DNA of 64,000 nucleotides, from the NCBI RefSeq assembly GCF_009914755.1, contig NC_060934.1. One strand, written 5' to 3'. Position numbers and translations under genes: made by a program. This DNA is from the human T2T-CHM13v2.0 reference genome, Homo sapiens. Below the pieces are notes generated by a model that was not told the DNA's origin, made no database searches, and saw only the letters and a program-made list of their open reading frames with translations. Below, one piece after another: positions 1-14,350 of this stretch; position 1 is the stretch's first letter; every line of letters begins with the position of its first letter.

Positions 1-1624
1 TATTATTGTCATGTTAAGCCTTCAGTGCCCTTGGAAGTGCTGTACTTTTCAAGTGATATGTATGATTCAAGAGTATAAACCTTTGTGGAGCTAGCCAATA
101 CTGAAACAAAGAGGGCATTTTAATATAGAAAAATGTAAAACAAAAAGTGAACTACCTTGAGTAGACAGCTACATGGCATTTCTCCAAAACAAAATGTCTC
201 TTTTTTTTTTTCTGGCTAAACTAAGGTTACATAACCATCCAGAGAGAATCCCAAAGCAGGAGGGTGTGCTACATAAAAATCTTTGTCTCTTTTATTACAA
301 ACTACCCCATTTGCATTCCAAATACCTGCAGCTGATCTAATTAAGGCCTGAAGAGGGAAAAAGAGAAGAGAGATAATTTAATTCAATATATAATTATTAT
401 AGAACTGGGTACCTTTTTTCAACAAATGAAAAAACTATGAATAACTTTTCACTTACTAATTGAATAACTCCAGTTGAATCAATATTTTAAAAAATGATAC
501 ATATACTCATATGCCCACTGCAGAGAAAAAAATAGTATTCAGAATATTTAATTGGCTGAGCATTTTCTCACTCCCTGAGAGATTATCTCTCTATATTGAA
601 ATATCTATATAGATAGATAGCTTTACAAATATTTGCACATATCCACAAATTTTCAAAGAATTTGAGACTATTTATAAAGTCTAATACCAACAAAAAGAGG
701 ATTATATCTTAACAGATTAACAAATAATATGGGACTGAATTGAGGTGCTCTCAAAAGCCAGACTAAGGTTTTACTCTAAAATCTAAACTAGTATCTATAT
801 CCACATTAGAGAATTAGTAACCTGTGAGAGTAGAATAAGATGCTGTGCATAAGTGAACGATGGACTAGTTTGGTAAAATTCAGCATTCTAAACCCTGTGA
901 TTTGGAAATTTACCGATTATCATCATGCAGAAAACAGATGTATGCTCTGCATGGAAAAGGGGTACAATAGTAAAAAAAAAAATTGACTAATCATGAGTGT
1001 CAGGAGAGAGAGAAAGAAATACAAGTTTGTTGGCCCTACTCAGTTCAGCATTTTAACACTGTTCAAGATGGATGGAGTTCTGGCTAATCTCAGGTAAACA
1101 ATCAGATTGCAAAAGTTAGATTACCTTACCTGAGAGATACTTACATCAGCTAATTTATTTCTTGTTCTCTATTCAAACTTCTTAAGAACTTTTCTTTCAA
1201 TGTGTTTTTCCATAGAGAGAGAACATGCTGAAGAACCTCAAACATTCTGAGTCTCTTGACAGTTTTTGCTGTATAAATGAAAAATAATATCTTCTTTATC
1301 CATGTTATTGGTTTATAACTATCAGTCTCTGTGAAATTGATTAATGTGGGCCTGTCCACAGAGAGAGCTTCCATCTTAAAGTGCAAACAAATTGAACTTG
1401 GAAGACTGTAATCTAGTCTATGCCTTATGACAAATCTTCTAAGGCAAATGCAACTGAGTTTTGGAGCAACCAGCCCCTGCTGCGCATGTAACATAACTTA
1501 GTTCTAGTGTCCTGCTTTCCTAGAAAATCTTGGTTGCAAAATTTTGTTTCATAATTTTCTAAATTTCTTCAAATCGGACATTTAATTCTAGATTATTGTG
1601 AGATTGTTTAATTTACGGGTCATT

Positions 1625-3436
1625 TAAGTTCTAGATTGTTTTTCTCTTCTCTTTGAATTGCATTCTTCAGTTTCAGAATTTCTGCTTGATTCTTTTTTAT
1701 TTCAATCTCTTTATTAAATTTATCTAACAGAATTCTGAATTTCTTCTCTGTGTTATCTTGAATTTCTCTGAGTTTCCTCAAAACATCGATTTTTAATTCT
1801 TTTTGAAAGGTTAGATATCTCTGTTTCTCCAGGATAGGACCTCATATCTCATTTAGTTCATTTGGTGAGGTCATGTTTTTTGGAATGTCTTAATACTTGT
1901 AGGTGTTTGCGTCTTGGCTCTGGGCATTGAAATGTTAGGTATTTATTTTAGTCGTCTCAGTCTGGACTCATTTGCACCCATCTTTCTTGGAAAGGATTTT
2001 CAGAAATGCAAAAGGTCTTGGGTTTTGTAATGTAAGGTATGTCTGCTTTAGGGGGCATTCCAAGCCCAGTAATGCTGTGCTTCTTGTAGACTGGTAGAGG
2101 TTCTGACTTGATGGTCTTGAACCAGATCCTGGAGAATTCTCTGGATTACCAGCCAGAGACTCTTGTTCTCTTACCTTACTTTCTTTTAAACAAACAGAGC
2201 CTTTCTCCATTATGAGTCACCTGAACTTGGAAGCGGAGTGACATATGCACCCTTATGTCCACCACCACTATAATTACACTGTGCCAGACCTGAAGCCAAC
2301 ACAGCACTGGGTCTTGCCCAAGGATTGCTGTAACCACTTCTTGGCTACTGCCTATGTTAGCTGAAGGCCCTGGTGCTGTACAATCAGGAGGTGGCAAAGA
2401 TCAGCCAGATCTGTGTCCTTGCCTGCAGGGTGACAAGGTCCCCCATGCCCCAGGTGGTTCTAGAGGTGCCATCTGGGAGCCAGAAACTACAGTAAAAAAC
2501 CTTACAGTCTAGCTGGTGTTCTATTATATTGTGGTTGAGCTGGCACTCAAACAACATGATGCAATTCTTTCCATTCTTCTCTCCTGTTTCCAAAATCAGA
2601 GCAGCCTCACCCCAAGGCCATTGCCACCATAGGCCTATGAGGAGGACTGCCAGACTACTGTTCCTTTAAGGCATGAGGGCTCTTCATTCAGCCTGTGGTG
2701 AATTTCCCTGGCCTGGGACATACTCTTCAGGGGTGTGGGCTCCCCTCTGGTGCAGGACAGGTCCAGAAATACTATTCAAGAGCCAAGTCCTAGAATCAGG
2801 GACCCCAACAGCCAAGTTGGTGCTCTACCCTCCTGTAGTCAAGCAAGAAAAAGTTCCCTTTACTTTTCCCTCTGCTTTTCTCAAGCAGAAGAGGTCTCGT
2901 CCCAAAGCCACTACAGATGGAAATGTGTTGAGTTTCACCTGAAGCCAGCAAGAGTCTCAGGGTCTCACCTAAGGCCCTCAATGTAGTACCTGGGTATTGC
3001 TGCTAATTATTCAGGGTCCAAGGTCTCTTCAGTTAACAGGCAATGAATCCTGCCAAAACTGGCTCCTTCCCTTCAAGGCAGCAGATCCTTCTGGCCCAGG
3101 GTGTGTCTAGAAATATCCAGGAGCTAGGGCCTAGAAAGAGGACCTTACAACTCTGACCGATGACCTACCCTGCTTTGGCTGAGCTAGTATCCAAGATGCA
3201 AGACAAAGTCCTCTCCTCTCCTCAAGTGGCATCATTAATTCAAGAATGTTTTTTGTACCTCTTCAGTGCCTCTTTCAGCAGTGTGTAGTTAAAACCAAGT
3301 ACTGTGAGGGCTCACCTGATTTTTGGTTCTTATGAAGGTGCTTTTATTGTGTAGATAGTTGGTAAATTGGTCTCTTTGCAGGGGGTGAGGAGAACAATCA
3401 GTAGAGCCTTCTGTTCTACCATCTTGTTCTGCCTCT
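1625..3436 (-). mobile_element. L1 (L1MA/L1M-type) 5'UTR and start of ORF1, 3'-truncated
   Basis: The reverse complement of 3416-3435 reads GAGGCAGAACAAGATGGTAG, resembling the L1 5' terminus with its YY1-type CAAGATGG motif. A GC-richer 5'UTR runs 2100-3230 and ORF1-like sequence runs 1650-2000. Confidence 0.8.
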
Positions 3437-3929
3437 TCCATTCACAAAATCTTAAGTATGGAAGAAATATGACATTTATTCAGCATTTTTCAAAAGTTGA
3501 GCATGAAAGCTATAGCCCAAGAAAACTCACCACAGCAAAAATTGTACAGGCTACATTGCTAATCACAACTAAATAAATCTGGAGACCTACAGTAAAAATT
3601 TAAGAAAAAAGTCCGTTCAAAGTGTTAATGTATCCCCAATAATTGTTTTTTCTAGGAAATTTTTGCAAAGCTACAGTCACATAGTATTTACAAAATTACA
3701 AACTGCAAATAACTTCTGTCAAAATGTAAGGGAACTTACTAAAACTGTAATTAAAGGCATAGCCTTAAATGCCATTTTCATTAAAAGCAAATATTTTAAC
3801 AAAAAACAGGCATTTGACTTAAGATGATAAAAAAGTGATAAAACCTCAGAAAAGCATGGGAAAATAATTATACAAGTAAAAATAGAAAATAATTAAAAAT
3901 AAAATAATTATATAACTTTTACTTTTGTA

Positions 3930-4958
3930 CATTTTTTTGATTATGTGTACATAAGAGATATATATATTTCTGCGGTTTATATGATATTTTGATACAGGTA
4001 TACAATGTGTAATGATGAAATCAAGGTAATTGGGGGTATCCACCACCTCAAGCTCTTTAAATTTCTTTGTGTTGAGAACATTCCAGTTCCACTCTTTTCC
4101 TTAGTGTAAAATATACAATAACTATTGTTAACTATTATCACCATGTTGAGCTACCAAATACTAGATCTTATTCATTCTATCTGATTCTATTTTTGTGCCT
4201 ATTGGCCATCCCCATTTATCACCAACCATCTCTGCTACCCTTCTGAGCCTTTGGCAATCATCATACCACTCTATATCTCCATGAGTTCAATTTTTTTTGA
4301 CCTCCAAATATGAGCAAAGACATGCAATATTTGTTGTTCTGTACCTGGTTTATTTCACTTAATATAATGTCTTAGTTTCCTCTGTGTTTTTGCAAATAGC
4401 AGGATTTCATCCTTGTATGGCTTAATATTCCATTGTATGTTTGTACCATATTTTCTTTAACCATTCATCTGTTGATGGACAGTTAATTTGCTCCCATATC
4501 TTGGCTATTGTGAATAGTGCTGCAATAAACATGAGAGTGCAGATATCTCTTCGATATACTGATTTTATTTCTTTTGGATCTATGCCCAGCAGTGGAATTA
4601 CTAGATCATATGATAGTTATATTTCTCATTTTTTGAGGAACCTCCATACTATTCTCCATAATGACTGTACTAATTTACATTTCTATCAACAGTGTACAAT
4701 GGTCATCCTCATTGGTATTCCTTATTGCCTGTCTTTTGGAAAAAAGCCATTTTAACAAGGGTGAAATGACATGTCATTGTAGTTTTGATGCGCATTTCTC
4801 TGATGATTAGTGATATTGGCCATTTATATGTCTTCTTTTCAGAAATGTCTATTCAGACCTTGACCCATTTTTAAATTGGATTATTTAATTTTTTTCCTAT
4901 TGTTTGAACTTCTTATACAATGTGGTTATTAATATCTTTTCAGATGGGTACTTTGCAA
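3930..4958 (-). mobile_element. L1MA (about MA3-MA5) 3' end
   Basis: Antisense L1MA 3'UTR and ORF2 end (ttttgatacaggtatacaatgtgtaat...atccaccacctcaagc; gctattgtgaatagtgctgcaataaacatgagagtgcagatatctcttcg). Confidence 0.85.
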
Positions 4959-5547
4959 AAGGGTAAACTATGTATTTTAATGTATATGCGCTTTGCATGA
5001 GTTTTTCTCCTGCTTCAGATTTTTTCCTTCATATTAGCATCCAACAAATTTATATTTTTTTTATGAATCAATTGTTTTAGCACATTCACTCTGAAGCCTG
5101 CCCTGAATCCTCTTTCTGCTCTTATTGTGGGTTTTATATTCCTTATTAGAGATATTGACACATTGAATCTTTTGAGTAAGTAACCTTCTATGATGTTGCT
5201 ACACATTTCAAAGGAAAAGGGAAAAATGTTATAGTGCCTTGAGCTAGCATATAATTTTGTTGAAAATTTACACATATTTTTATTGTGAAATGGAATTTTA
5301 AAACTTGTATTTAGTGACTGGTTATTGCTGGTATAAAGAAATGTTGTGTCAAACTATTTTTTTTAATATTAATGTGTTTTGTGAAATCTCACATTTTCTA
5401 GTTGTACAATCATATTCAAAGAGGCATCTCAATCTGCAGATATTAATAACTTCATTTTTACTAACAAATTCTTGATTATCAAGACAAATCAAAAGGAAAT
5501 CTCTGAATATATCCAGGACTTAGAAGTATCCATACTGCTGTTATTCT

Positions 5548-5715
5548 CTCTGGGTATAAATCCTGATTCTGCTACTTGTCTGGTATGTTACCTGGGAAAG
5601 TTACGTAATTGCTTTTCACCTCTATTTCTTTATAGTGATTTTTTTTAGGTTGGTATGAGTTTAAAATGAATTAAAACATGTGCTTAGAATAGTATATAGT
5701 ATTATTTAGTTGTTA
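5548..5715 (+). mobile_element. MIR SINE fragment
   Basis: ctgggtataaatcctgattctgctactt...acctgggaaagttac resembles the MIR core. Confidence 0.6.
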
Positions 5716-7007
5716 TGTAAATAAAATACAGAAACATTCAAGTATATCTACAAATTTTATGTATTTTTAAATATATTCAACAAATATTGTTTAATTATTA
5801 TTTCCACTACTGTTTAATTTATGAAAACTGTATTTTCTATATCTTGTTCTAGCTATAGGACAGGTTTATTTATTATATTTTGACTTTGGGGTTTCTATCT
5901 GTAGACTATGGATGTTAATGATACTTTCCTTATGGATTTGTATATAAAAAATAGGATAATGGTGGTAAAACACTAAGGAAGATTTTGAAATATTGTACAT
6001 ACCCGCTAGATGCTAGGTAATGCTGTTAACATAAATCAGTAATTGAATATATAATAAATATGATGTTTCATATAAAACTCACAGATTAATTACTAAGTGG
6101 CATTTCAGTAACTGACCAATCATTCATTAAAGATAAGTAAATAAGTTTGGTTTTCTGTCTTACATATTATATCAAAATATTTTATATGTAAAAGAGAAAT
6201 CATTTTAATACAGTAAAAAATATCAGTGATCATTTATATAATTTTACAAAGGCACAAACTGTCAAAGCAAAGAATGTCTACTTGGTCCTAGTGAAATAAT
6301 GAAAACTTATATAACATCACATTAGAATCACATTAGAAGTTATATTATTAGAACAAGCGTGTTCTTGAGTTCAGATTTAAGAAAGTCATGGGAAACAAAT
6401 AGCACATTTTGTGTTCTAAAGTGTTATGATATTTGCTCAAATATGTTCAACAAAATACCCTATTAAAATGTATAAAACACATGGGTTAAATCACACATAA
6501 TCTATCGTCTAAATCAAGTTATATCCAACTTTGAAAACAATTATATAAAAAAAGGGGTACAGTTGAATGGTATCAATTTTATTTTAGTCACATTTTCTCC
6601 AGCTCAGACTTTTAGAAACATGAAGAATTAAAATCCTAATGTTCTTCAAGAAAAGAAGAAACATTCTCAATGAATTGCATTATTCATGTAAAAATTAATT
6701 TTAATTTTTGTTGTTAACTTTTATTTCTTAGAGACGTAGATTTAAAAATTTGCTCTCTAAATTTTCCTTGTCAAATATATTGAAATTACAAAGTACCATC
6801 ACAAATCTATTAGTTTTTTCTTTTAAAATTCTATAATGAGACTTTAATTTGCCTGAGGGGAGTATGCTCTGCTCTAGCAAATTTAATAATGTATTATTTT
6901 CTAAAAATTCAAGCCTAATTTATCCCCCAATTTTGGAAATATAAACCATGCCTTCCAGTAATACTTTTCGACTGAATAGCAAACTTTTACAATCATTATG
7001 TATGTGC

Positions 7008-7028
7008 GTGTGTGTGTGTGTGTGTGTG
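7008..7028. repeat. (TG)n microsatellite
   Basis: Seen directly. Confidence 0.95.
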
Positions 7029-7166
7029 CACCATTCTGAATAAAACTAATGCAGTTATTTAGGCACTACATTTTGGATTTTATCTATTTATTTTTAGTCT
7101 TAATTTGAAAATCTAGAATTTCATTTACAGTCACAAAGGAAGCTGCATGGTATTTATTTGAGATAA

Positions 7167-7557
<391 letters not shown>

Positions 7558-7629
7558 TAATTGCCAAGAAGAGATTTATGTTCCCATCCTAGAGGACAAG
7601 AAGAACTTAGTTTCCTTCAAATGTGGTTA

Positions 7630-7790
7630 CTATGTTCTAGCCACACTGGCCTTCTTCCTATTCCTTTGAATCATTAACCTCGTGCCTGCCATAATATCTT
7701 TGACCTTGCTGTTTTCTTTGAAAAATGTCACCTAGAATCTTCCTATAGCTGAGTCTTTTGTATTATTCACATCTTAGAACAAATATTTTA
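7630..7790 (+). mobile_element. L2 fragment
   Basis: ttctagccacactggccttcttcctattcc...tttgaccttgctgtt matches the L2 3' region. Confidence 0.6.
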
Positions 7791-10589
7791 TGTACTATGA
7801 GTAGCTGTCACAAATATAATAGTTTTTGCTTTAGCTATGACCATAAAACAAATAATCAAAACATCCATTGCGTTTATTTTTACTACCTTTCTCAAATATT
7901 GCCGCCAAATTATTTGTATGATGCACACATCAGTTATCACATTGGCCATACTTACACACATAACTAGGACACAATGATTTAATCTCCCTGTTCATTTGCA
8001 AGATGACATTCAAATTTTGACAGAACTTCCCTTGGGTTAGTTTTTCTAATACAGCAGAGAGCTGCCAAAACAACGCTTGGAAGAACAAACAGTATTTCTG
8101 TGATTTTTCAGCTGGGTAACTCCTGACAGTCTTTTAGAAGCATGAAGAAAGTCAACTTTTGGAGATTTGCAGTATAAACTGAAGCATATCATCAACCCAA
8201 GAGATAAGAAACTTTACACGGCTGAAATGGAATCAAGTCACTGGCAATATCAGCAAGAAGCATTCTGTCACTTTTTTGTTGTAATTCTGTATAACAACCT
8301 CTAAGCATGTTCAGTAGATGTCATATTTCAAGACTGCAAATAATTTGTTAACCTTTAATCAAAAAAGTTGAACAGTGTTTCTTCTATCCAATACATTATT
8401 CCATCCAAAAAAAAAGAGAAGTCATTCCTTAAAGCTTTGTTTGGAAATCAAATTAGTCATTCTGAAATAACATTGAAATTTGTAGCACAATAAGAGTATT
8501 CCCTGTAGACTTTTTGCCATCATAATACTGACATGGAAACATTACTGGTGACAGAGTGGAAATAAGTAATTCACTAGCAAGTTACAATATCTTTTTCCTA
8601 ATTTAGTTCCTGAGCTTCTATTGAAAGGAGACAGTACATATTGTTATGTGAAAGTCACCCTTAGTACAAATGCTAAATTTCATGAAAACAAGTATTAAGA
8701 ATTTCGAAACAAAGACAGTTAAAATTGACATCACTGACAATATGGCTAGTATAAGACAATTTGTCTTTTCAAATGTAGCCACTAGTTTATGCCAGTTACA
8801 GTCTGTCTTTGTAAAATGGAGATAAACACAATGGCAAAATAGTACCTGACTGCAGCAAAAAAAAAAATAAATAGATAAATTTTAAAATACACTTGGCTTT
8901 CCAAATAGTCTATATTATGAATATATATTATGTTTATAATTAGATAAAGACCATAAGTACTCTTTTAAAAGGCCATGTATGTTTGCAAGCAACTTCATTA
9001 TTTGCATGAGTATTTTCTTCTATTCACCGTTTAGTCAGTGAAAAGCTTGAATCTCAATAAATATGTATTCCTCTAGGTAAAAATAAAATTAATATATAAT
9101 TGTCAAAGGAAACATGTGTCTGTCCCAGCAATGTATCTTTAAAGAAGAGCTAACTCAATACCTTGTTTCTGGTTGTCATTAAATGTAATATGGAAGATCA
9201 ATCAATCAGGATTCAATTCTAGAGAAAATAATGCATTCTGGTTAGCATAATTAGAAGGGGATTTATTTCAGGGTTCTATGTGGGGATGAAATACTTATTG
9301 GATGTTCTGAAATACTAATAAACTCTCTCCTGAGCTTTCCAGATGGGCTAACAAAGCCATACCACAGAATTATTCATCAAAGAAACTGCTGCCCTGTCAT
9401 TTTAAGATGCTCTGGCTACGACTACAGCTGTTGGTGCAGAACTTCCACCTAAGCTGTGAGCAGAAAATCACCACCAGCCATATTTGGAATTCTCTCTAAG
9501 GAAAGAGGCCAGCACTATGAGTGATGCTTCATTTGGTGATTAACTTCGCTCTAACAAAAAATAGTTCTGCACAACCAAAATTATATGAATATTTGATTTC
9601 ACATTTTTGAATAAAATCCTACTCTAACAACTGGAAATATCAGCAAGAATTACACTATAATATTGTTATTATTGTAATTTTGTGTAACAGTCTTTGAAGA
9701 CTTCTTTCTGTGCTATTTTTCAAGAAGTAATAATTTCTTAATATTTAATTACTAGTGCTGAAGAGTGTTTTCTCAAACCAATGCCTTATTCCATTAAAGA
9801 GAAAAAGCCTTCACGTGAGGATTTGGGTATTTTTTTCTAAATCAAGTTACTCATTCTGATGTAATATCTAAATTAATAGCATATTAAAAGTATTCTACGT
9901 GTTAACAAAGATCTTCCTTAATATGAACTGTAAGCCACAAGCCTCACTCATTTTTGAGTATTGATTAGATTCCTTTTGGTTGAATAAAATTGGTCCAGTT
10001 TTCCTCCAAAAATCAATCTCCTAATATTTAAAATCATTGCTGATGTTTTCTATAAGAATTACCTTCTCAAGTTTATGTTTTCCTATTTCTTTTTCTATAT
10101 AATATGATTTTCAGATTTTCTTCCATTTTGATCATATTCTCTTGGGCTTGCTCTAGTTTTTAGTAGTTGCCATAAAAAGTAGCCACTTTGTGTGGAATGT
10201 GATATTCCAGAACTAATTTGAAATAATAAGAAAAATACAATGAGAACATTCAATTTATTCATTCTAATTCTATCTATGCTTATCAAAAAAATGCCTCAAA
10301 TATCATCCTGACACAACTTTTATAGACTCATAATTGTCTTTCATGGTTATCCTTCTTTACAGTACTTTTTTTCCAATGAACTGAAAAAACCATATAAGCA
10401 TAACTTATATGCTTCCACTGCTTCTCTCCCATCTTTGACCAATTACTCATCCCGGACTGAATCAAAAATTTCAGAGTTACTCAAATATTTTTCTATTTCC
10501 TCTTTGCTGTTCACTCTGGCCTGTCTTGAAGGAATTTGATAGTTACTTTGACAATTTATTTAACATATAGTACATATTTTTATGATTTT

Positions 10590-11113
10590 TAAAGCAATAT
10601 TTCAAACCAGATATCACCTCTAGGCTCCATATTGATGTAGGCAGCTAAACATAACCTGGTCAACTGTGAAATTATTGTCATCCACCTGAACACTTATGAC
10701 TCCTGAAAGTGTTTCATTTTTAAGTAAATATCACCACTATGCACCTTCTTCAGCTAGAAACCCAGAAATTATTATTGATTTTCCCCACTATCTCATTAGT
10801 CCATATCAAAATAATCATTAAATTGTGTTAATTCTAATTCCCAAATAGTCATCTAATCTACAGAATTTTTAATAGTTACACAGCAAATGTCTTCATCTCT
10901 TTTGTTGACAATTGTGGTATTCTCCTAATATGTCTCTACATATTTTCTCTTATCTGACTAATGCTTTTTAATGGAACAATCATAGGCATTTAATTTTATC
11001 TAATAAAATTTTCAATAGCTTCTGATTGTTCCCAGAAAAAAAAAAGTGAATACAGTTCTTCTTTGGGCCAATCAGTTTTTATGGCAGATCATGTGTCTAG
11101 TATCACCTTGACA
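10590..11113 (+). mobile_element. L2 fragment (5' part of an L2 interrupted by Hsmar2)
   Basis: L2-like text (tcaccactatgcacc...cagctagaaacccagaaattattattgattt) that resumes after 12395. Confidence 0.55.
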
Positions 11114-11115
11114 TA

Positions 11116-12394
11116 TGAGGGGTCTTGAAAAATTCATGGAAAATGCATATTATAAAAAAAACTATATATGAGGTTTTTTTTTTGCACAAAATAAACTTGT
11201 CCTAGCTTTTTATAACATGTCTTAACATAATGTAGTCTGAGCAATAAGAAAGATGATACATCAATTTGAAAAAAGCCCCTATTAGAGCAATATGAATTCT
11301 GCCAAAATGGAAGCAAGAACAAACATCAAATCTGTGGTGAAGCTTGGGTAAAATAATACAAAAATCATTGATGCTTTTTGAAAAGTTCATGGGGAAAATT
11401 TCCTAAATAAATTTGCAATTTACAAATGGATAACTTATTTTAGGAAGACACAAGATAATTTTGAAGATGAAGTCCACAGCAGTAGACCATCCATGTCAAC
11501 TTGGAGGAAAAAAGTAATTTTGTTCATACCATAATTGAAGAGGACAAACAATTAACAGCACAAACAACAGCCAACAAACTAGATATTTCAATTAGTTCAG
11601 CTTACACAGTTCTGATTGAAAAGTTAAATTTGAGCAAATTTTCCACTTGAAGGATTCCAAAACCACGGCACCCAGATTGGCTGTAGTCAAGAGCAAAGCT
11701 TTCAATGGAAATTTTTAAAAAGTGATATCAAGATCCTGAAGCACTTCTTCAAATAATCGTAATAGGAGACAGCACATGGCATTACCAGTATAATCCTGAA
11801 AGGCAAAGCACAATGAAAGTGGTCCAGTCAACTCAAAAGCAGACTAGTTAAGAGCAAAAGTCATGGCAACAGTGTTAGGGATGCATTTTGCATATTGCAT
11901 TTTGCATATTGACTTTCCAGAAGGCCAAAGAACACCTGTTTAGGATGAGAGTGTTTTGAGGTAGTTAACCAAAAACTTAGTAGAAAAATGCTTGGGGAAG
12001 CTTCGCAGAGTCCTTCTTTGCCATCGTGCTGCTCCTGCTAATTCCTGTCATCAAACAAGGGCAAATTTGTGAGAGTCTCTGTGGGAAATCATTACATATC
12101 CTCTGGACAGTTCTGATTTGCCTCTTTCTGAGTTTTTTTGTTTATTTATTTGTTAATACAAAATAATCGTCAAAGAATATTCATTTTTCTTCAGGTAATA
12201 ATGTAAAAAAGCCAGCCTGCATTGACCTGGTTAAGTTCCCAGAAGTTTACGTTATTTAAAGATGTACTATAAGGCTCATATCATCATTTAAAAAAGTGTC
12301 TTGAACTTGATGGAGCTTATGTTGAGAAATAAAGTTTATTTTTTATTTTTATCTTTTAATTCTATTTTTCAACAAACTTTTTGAAGTCTCCTTG
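11116..12394 (+). mobile_element. HSMAR2 (Hsmar2) mariner DNA transposon, full length, with inactivated transposase
   Basis: Left TIR (TA)tgaggggtcttgaaaaattcatggaaaa; right TIR aactttttgaagtctccttg; ~1.28 kb. ATG at 11292 gives MNSAKMEARTNIKSVVKLG*, matching the Hsmar2 transposase N-terminus; stops and frameshifts follow. Confidence 0.93.
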
Positions 12395-12590
12395 TCTTAG
12401 CTACACTAGGCTTCCTTGAGTGCTCTAAATATACAGAAGACCTTCAGTCCATAGAACACGCAACATTGAATATCATCTCCTGGCAGCCAGTATACACACT
12501 CTATTTAACTGAATATCTTTTCAGTCTTTCTACTTTCATTTAAATGTCACTTATTCAAGAAAATTTCCCCTATTTCTTTGACTAGGCTTT
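12395..12590 (+). mobile_element. L2 fragment (continuation)
   Basis: ttagctacactaggcttccttg...tttaaatgtcacttattcaagaaaatttccc. Confidence 0.6.
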
Positions 12591-12639
12591 TGGTGTACCT
12601 AGTTTTTAAAACAGGATCCAAACCACCCCACATCATCCT

Positions 12640-13095
12640 TTAATCTCAAATCAAAATGTTGGGCCTGTAAGTGTTTTAATTAATGGAATGCAAAGAAAGA
12701 ATCATTCTGGGTATTTTGAACCCAGATATATTAAGGAGGTTTGGCAGCGTCATTTTCCTCCCTTGAAATCCAGTTGCCTTGCTTTGAGAAAGACCTAGCA
12801 AACATGTGGTGAAGTCCACATTGAGTAAAATCGAGGCCCACACCTGAAAGCTTCAGCTGAGTTCCCATCTAACAGCCAGTACCAAGTTTCCAGCCATATG
12901 AATGAGTCAGCCTGAAAGTGAAGTATCCAGCCTAGGTTGAGACATTTCAGATGACACCCTACCCTTACCTAACACTGCCAAAGTTGAAAACTAGTGAGTC
13001 TTCTACTAAATGTTTTTTTTAAGAGGCTAAATTTTAGAGTGTTTTGTTTTGTTGTGTATGGTTTTTTTTTAACAGAGCAATTGGTTAATAAAATA
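12640..13095 (+). mobile_element. MLT1 (G/H-like) MaLR LTR
   Basis: cagctgagttcccatctaacagccagtaccaag...ccagccatatgaatgagtca; 3' end ctaaattttagagtgttttg...gcaattggttaataaaata. Confidence 0.65.
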
Positions 13096-13099
13096 GATA

Positions 13100-13252
13100 T
13101 TTTATCATTTGTGCATCAACAACTACTTAATGTCTTGTGCTGTGGCCACATTTATGAATGAAAAATAATTCTTCATTTAATCACTACCCTATCTTCAATG
13201 TATAGGACAATGTCTGTTACGTAGTATATATTCAATAAATATTGATTAATTT
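13100..13252 (+). mobile_element. L2 3' terminus
   Basis: gacaatgtctgttacgtagtatatattcaataaatattgattaat resembles the L2 tail. Confidence 0.55.
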
Positions 13253-13758
13253 CAATAAGTGTCAATTTTTATTGAAAAATAAAATGTATTTAGACTTCCC
13301 TATGTCTCACAAATATACTTTTTCTCTGAATGTGTAAGCATAGGATTACATGTATCTTTACCTGTTTTTGTTGTAACTTATTATATATATTGTGATTCCA
13401 TATGTATTACTTTTCTTGATATGTACTATTTTTAGAGCACAGTCTCTGAAAAACATAGAATCCTCATTAGAAGTTTTAATGTATAATTTTACAATGATTA
13501 TATTGTACAATAATAATATTGGATAAGAGTCCTACATTAAAATATTTCTTGTATTGTTTATCACAACATGCAGTATAGAAACATTCTAAGAGGAAGCAGA
13601 TAGACACATTAGATGAGTTATAGGAAATTCAACAATTTGGAATTGAGAAGAACCCCACATAATTTCTAGCACATCCATGAAAACTTCACTAAAAGAGTGT
13701 AAATAAATATCATATTTAAGTGATTTGTGATAACAAAAAGAATCAAGAGTTCTCATAT

Positions 13759-14127
13759 TGTATTAGTCCATTCTCACACTGCTAATGAAGACATACCCGA
13801 GACTGGGTAATTTATAAAGGAAAGAGGTTTAATTGACTCACTGTTCAGCATGGCTGGGGTGGCCTCAGGAAGCTTACAATCATGGCAGAAGGGGAAGCAA
13901 ACATGTTTCTCTTCACATGGTGGCAGGAAGGAGAAGTACCTAGAAAAGGGGGAAAAACTCTTATAAAACCACCAGATTTCATGAGAACTCACTATCATGA
14001 GAACGGCATGGGGGTAACCTCCCCATGATTCAATTACCTCCCACCAGTTTCCTCCCACAACACATTGGGATTATGGGAACTACAATTCAAGATGAGATTT
14101 GGGTGGGGACACAGCCAAACCATATCA
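13759..14127 (-). mobile_element. THE1 (C-like) MaLR solo LTR
   Basis: tgtattagtccattctcacactgct...gggtggggacacagccaaaccatatca; TG...CA ends; ~370 bp. Confidence 0.92.
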
Positions 14128-14318
14128 TTTGTCTTTTTTGAGAATAAAATAATAAAGATAAGGGAATATGTTATTGCATAACTATGTGAGAACTACTGAG
14201 ACTATATGCAAGATTAAAAACATTTGTAACAATCATATAATAGAACTAACAGTGTGAGGGGATTGTGAAGTGTACATAAAACATAAACAACAAGCCAAAT
14301 AACTAGCCAGAAGATAGA

Positions 14319-14323
<5 letters not shown>

Positions 14324-14350
<27 letters not shown>
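14324..14350. repeat. (TG)n microsatellite
   Basis: Seen directly. Confidence 0.95.

Noticed and set aside
1105-1146. Clustered minus-strand donor-like motifs (cttacctg, acttac)
   Set aside because: No convincing acceptor or exon partner; such motifs are common by chance.
1150-1494. 114-aa minus-strand ORF
   Set aside because: No recognisable domain, non-ATG start, no supporting gene structure; this length is expected by chance.
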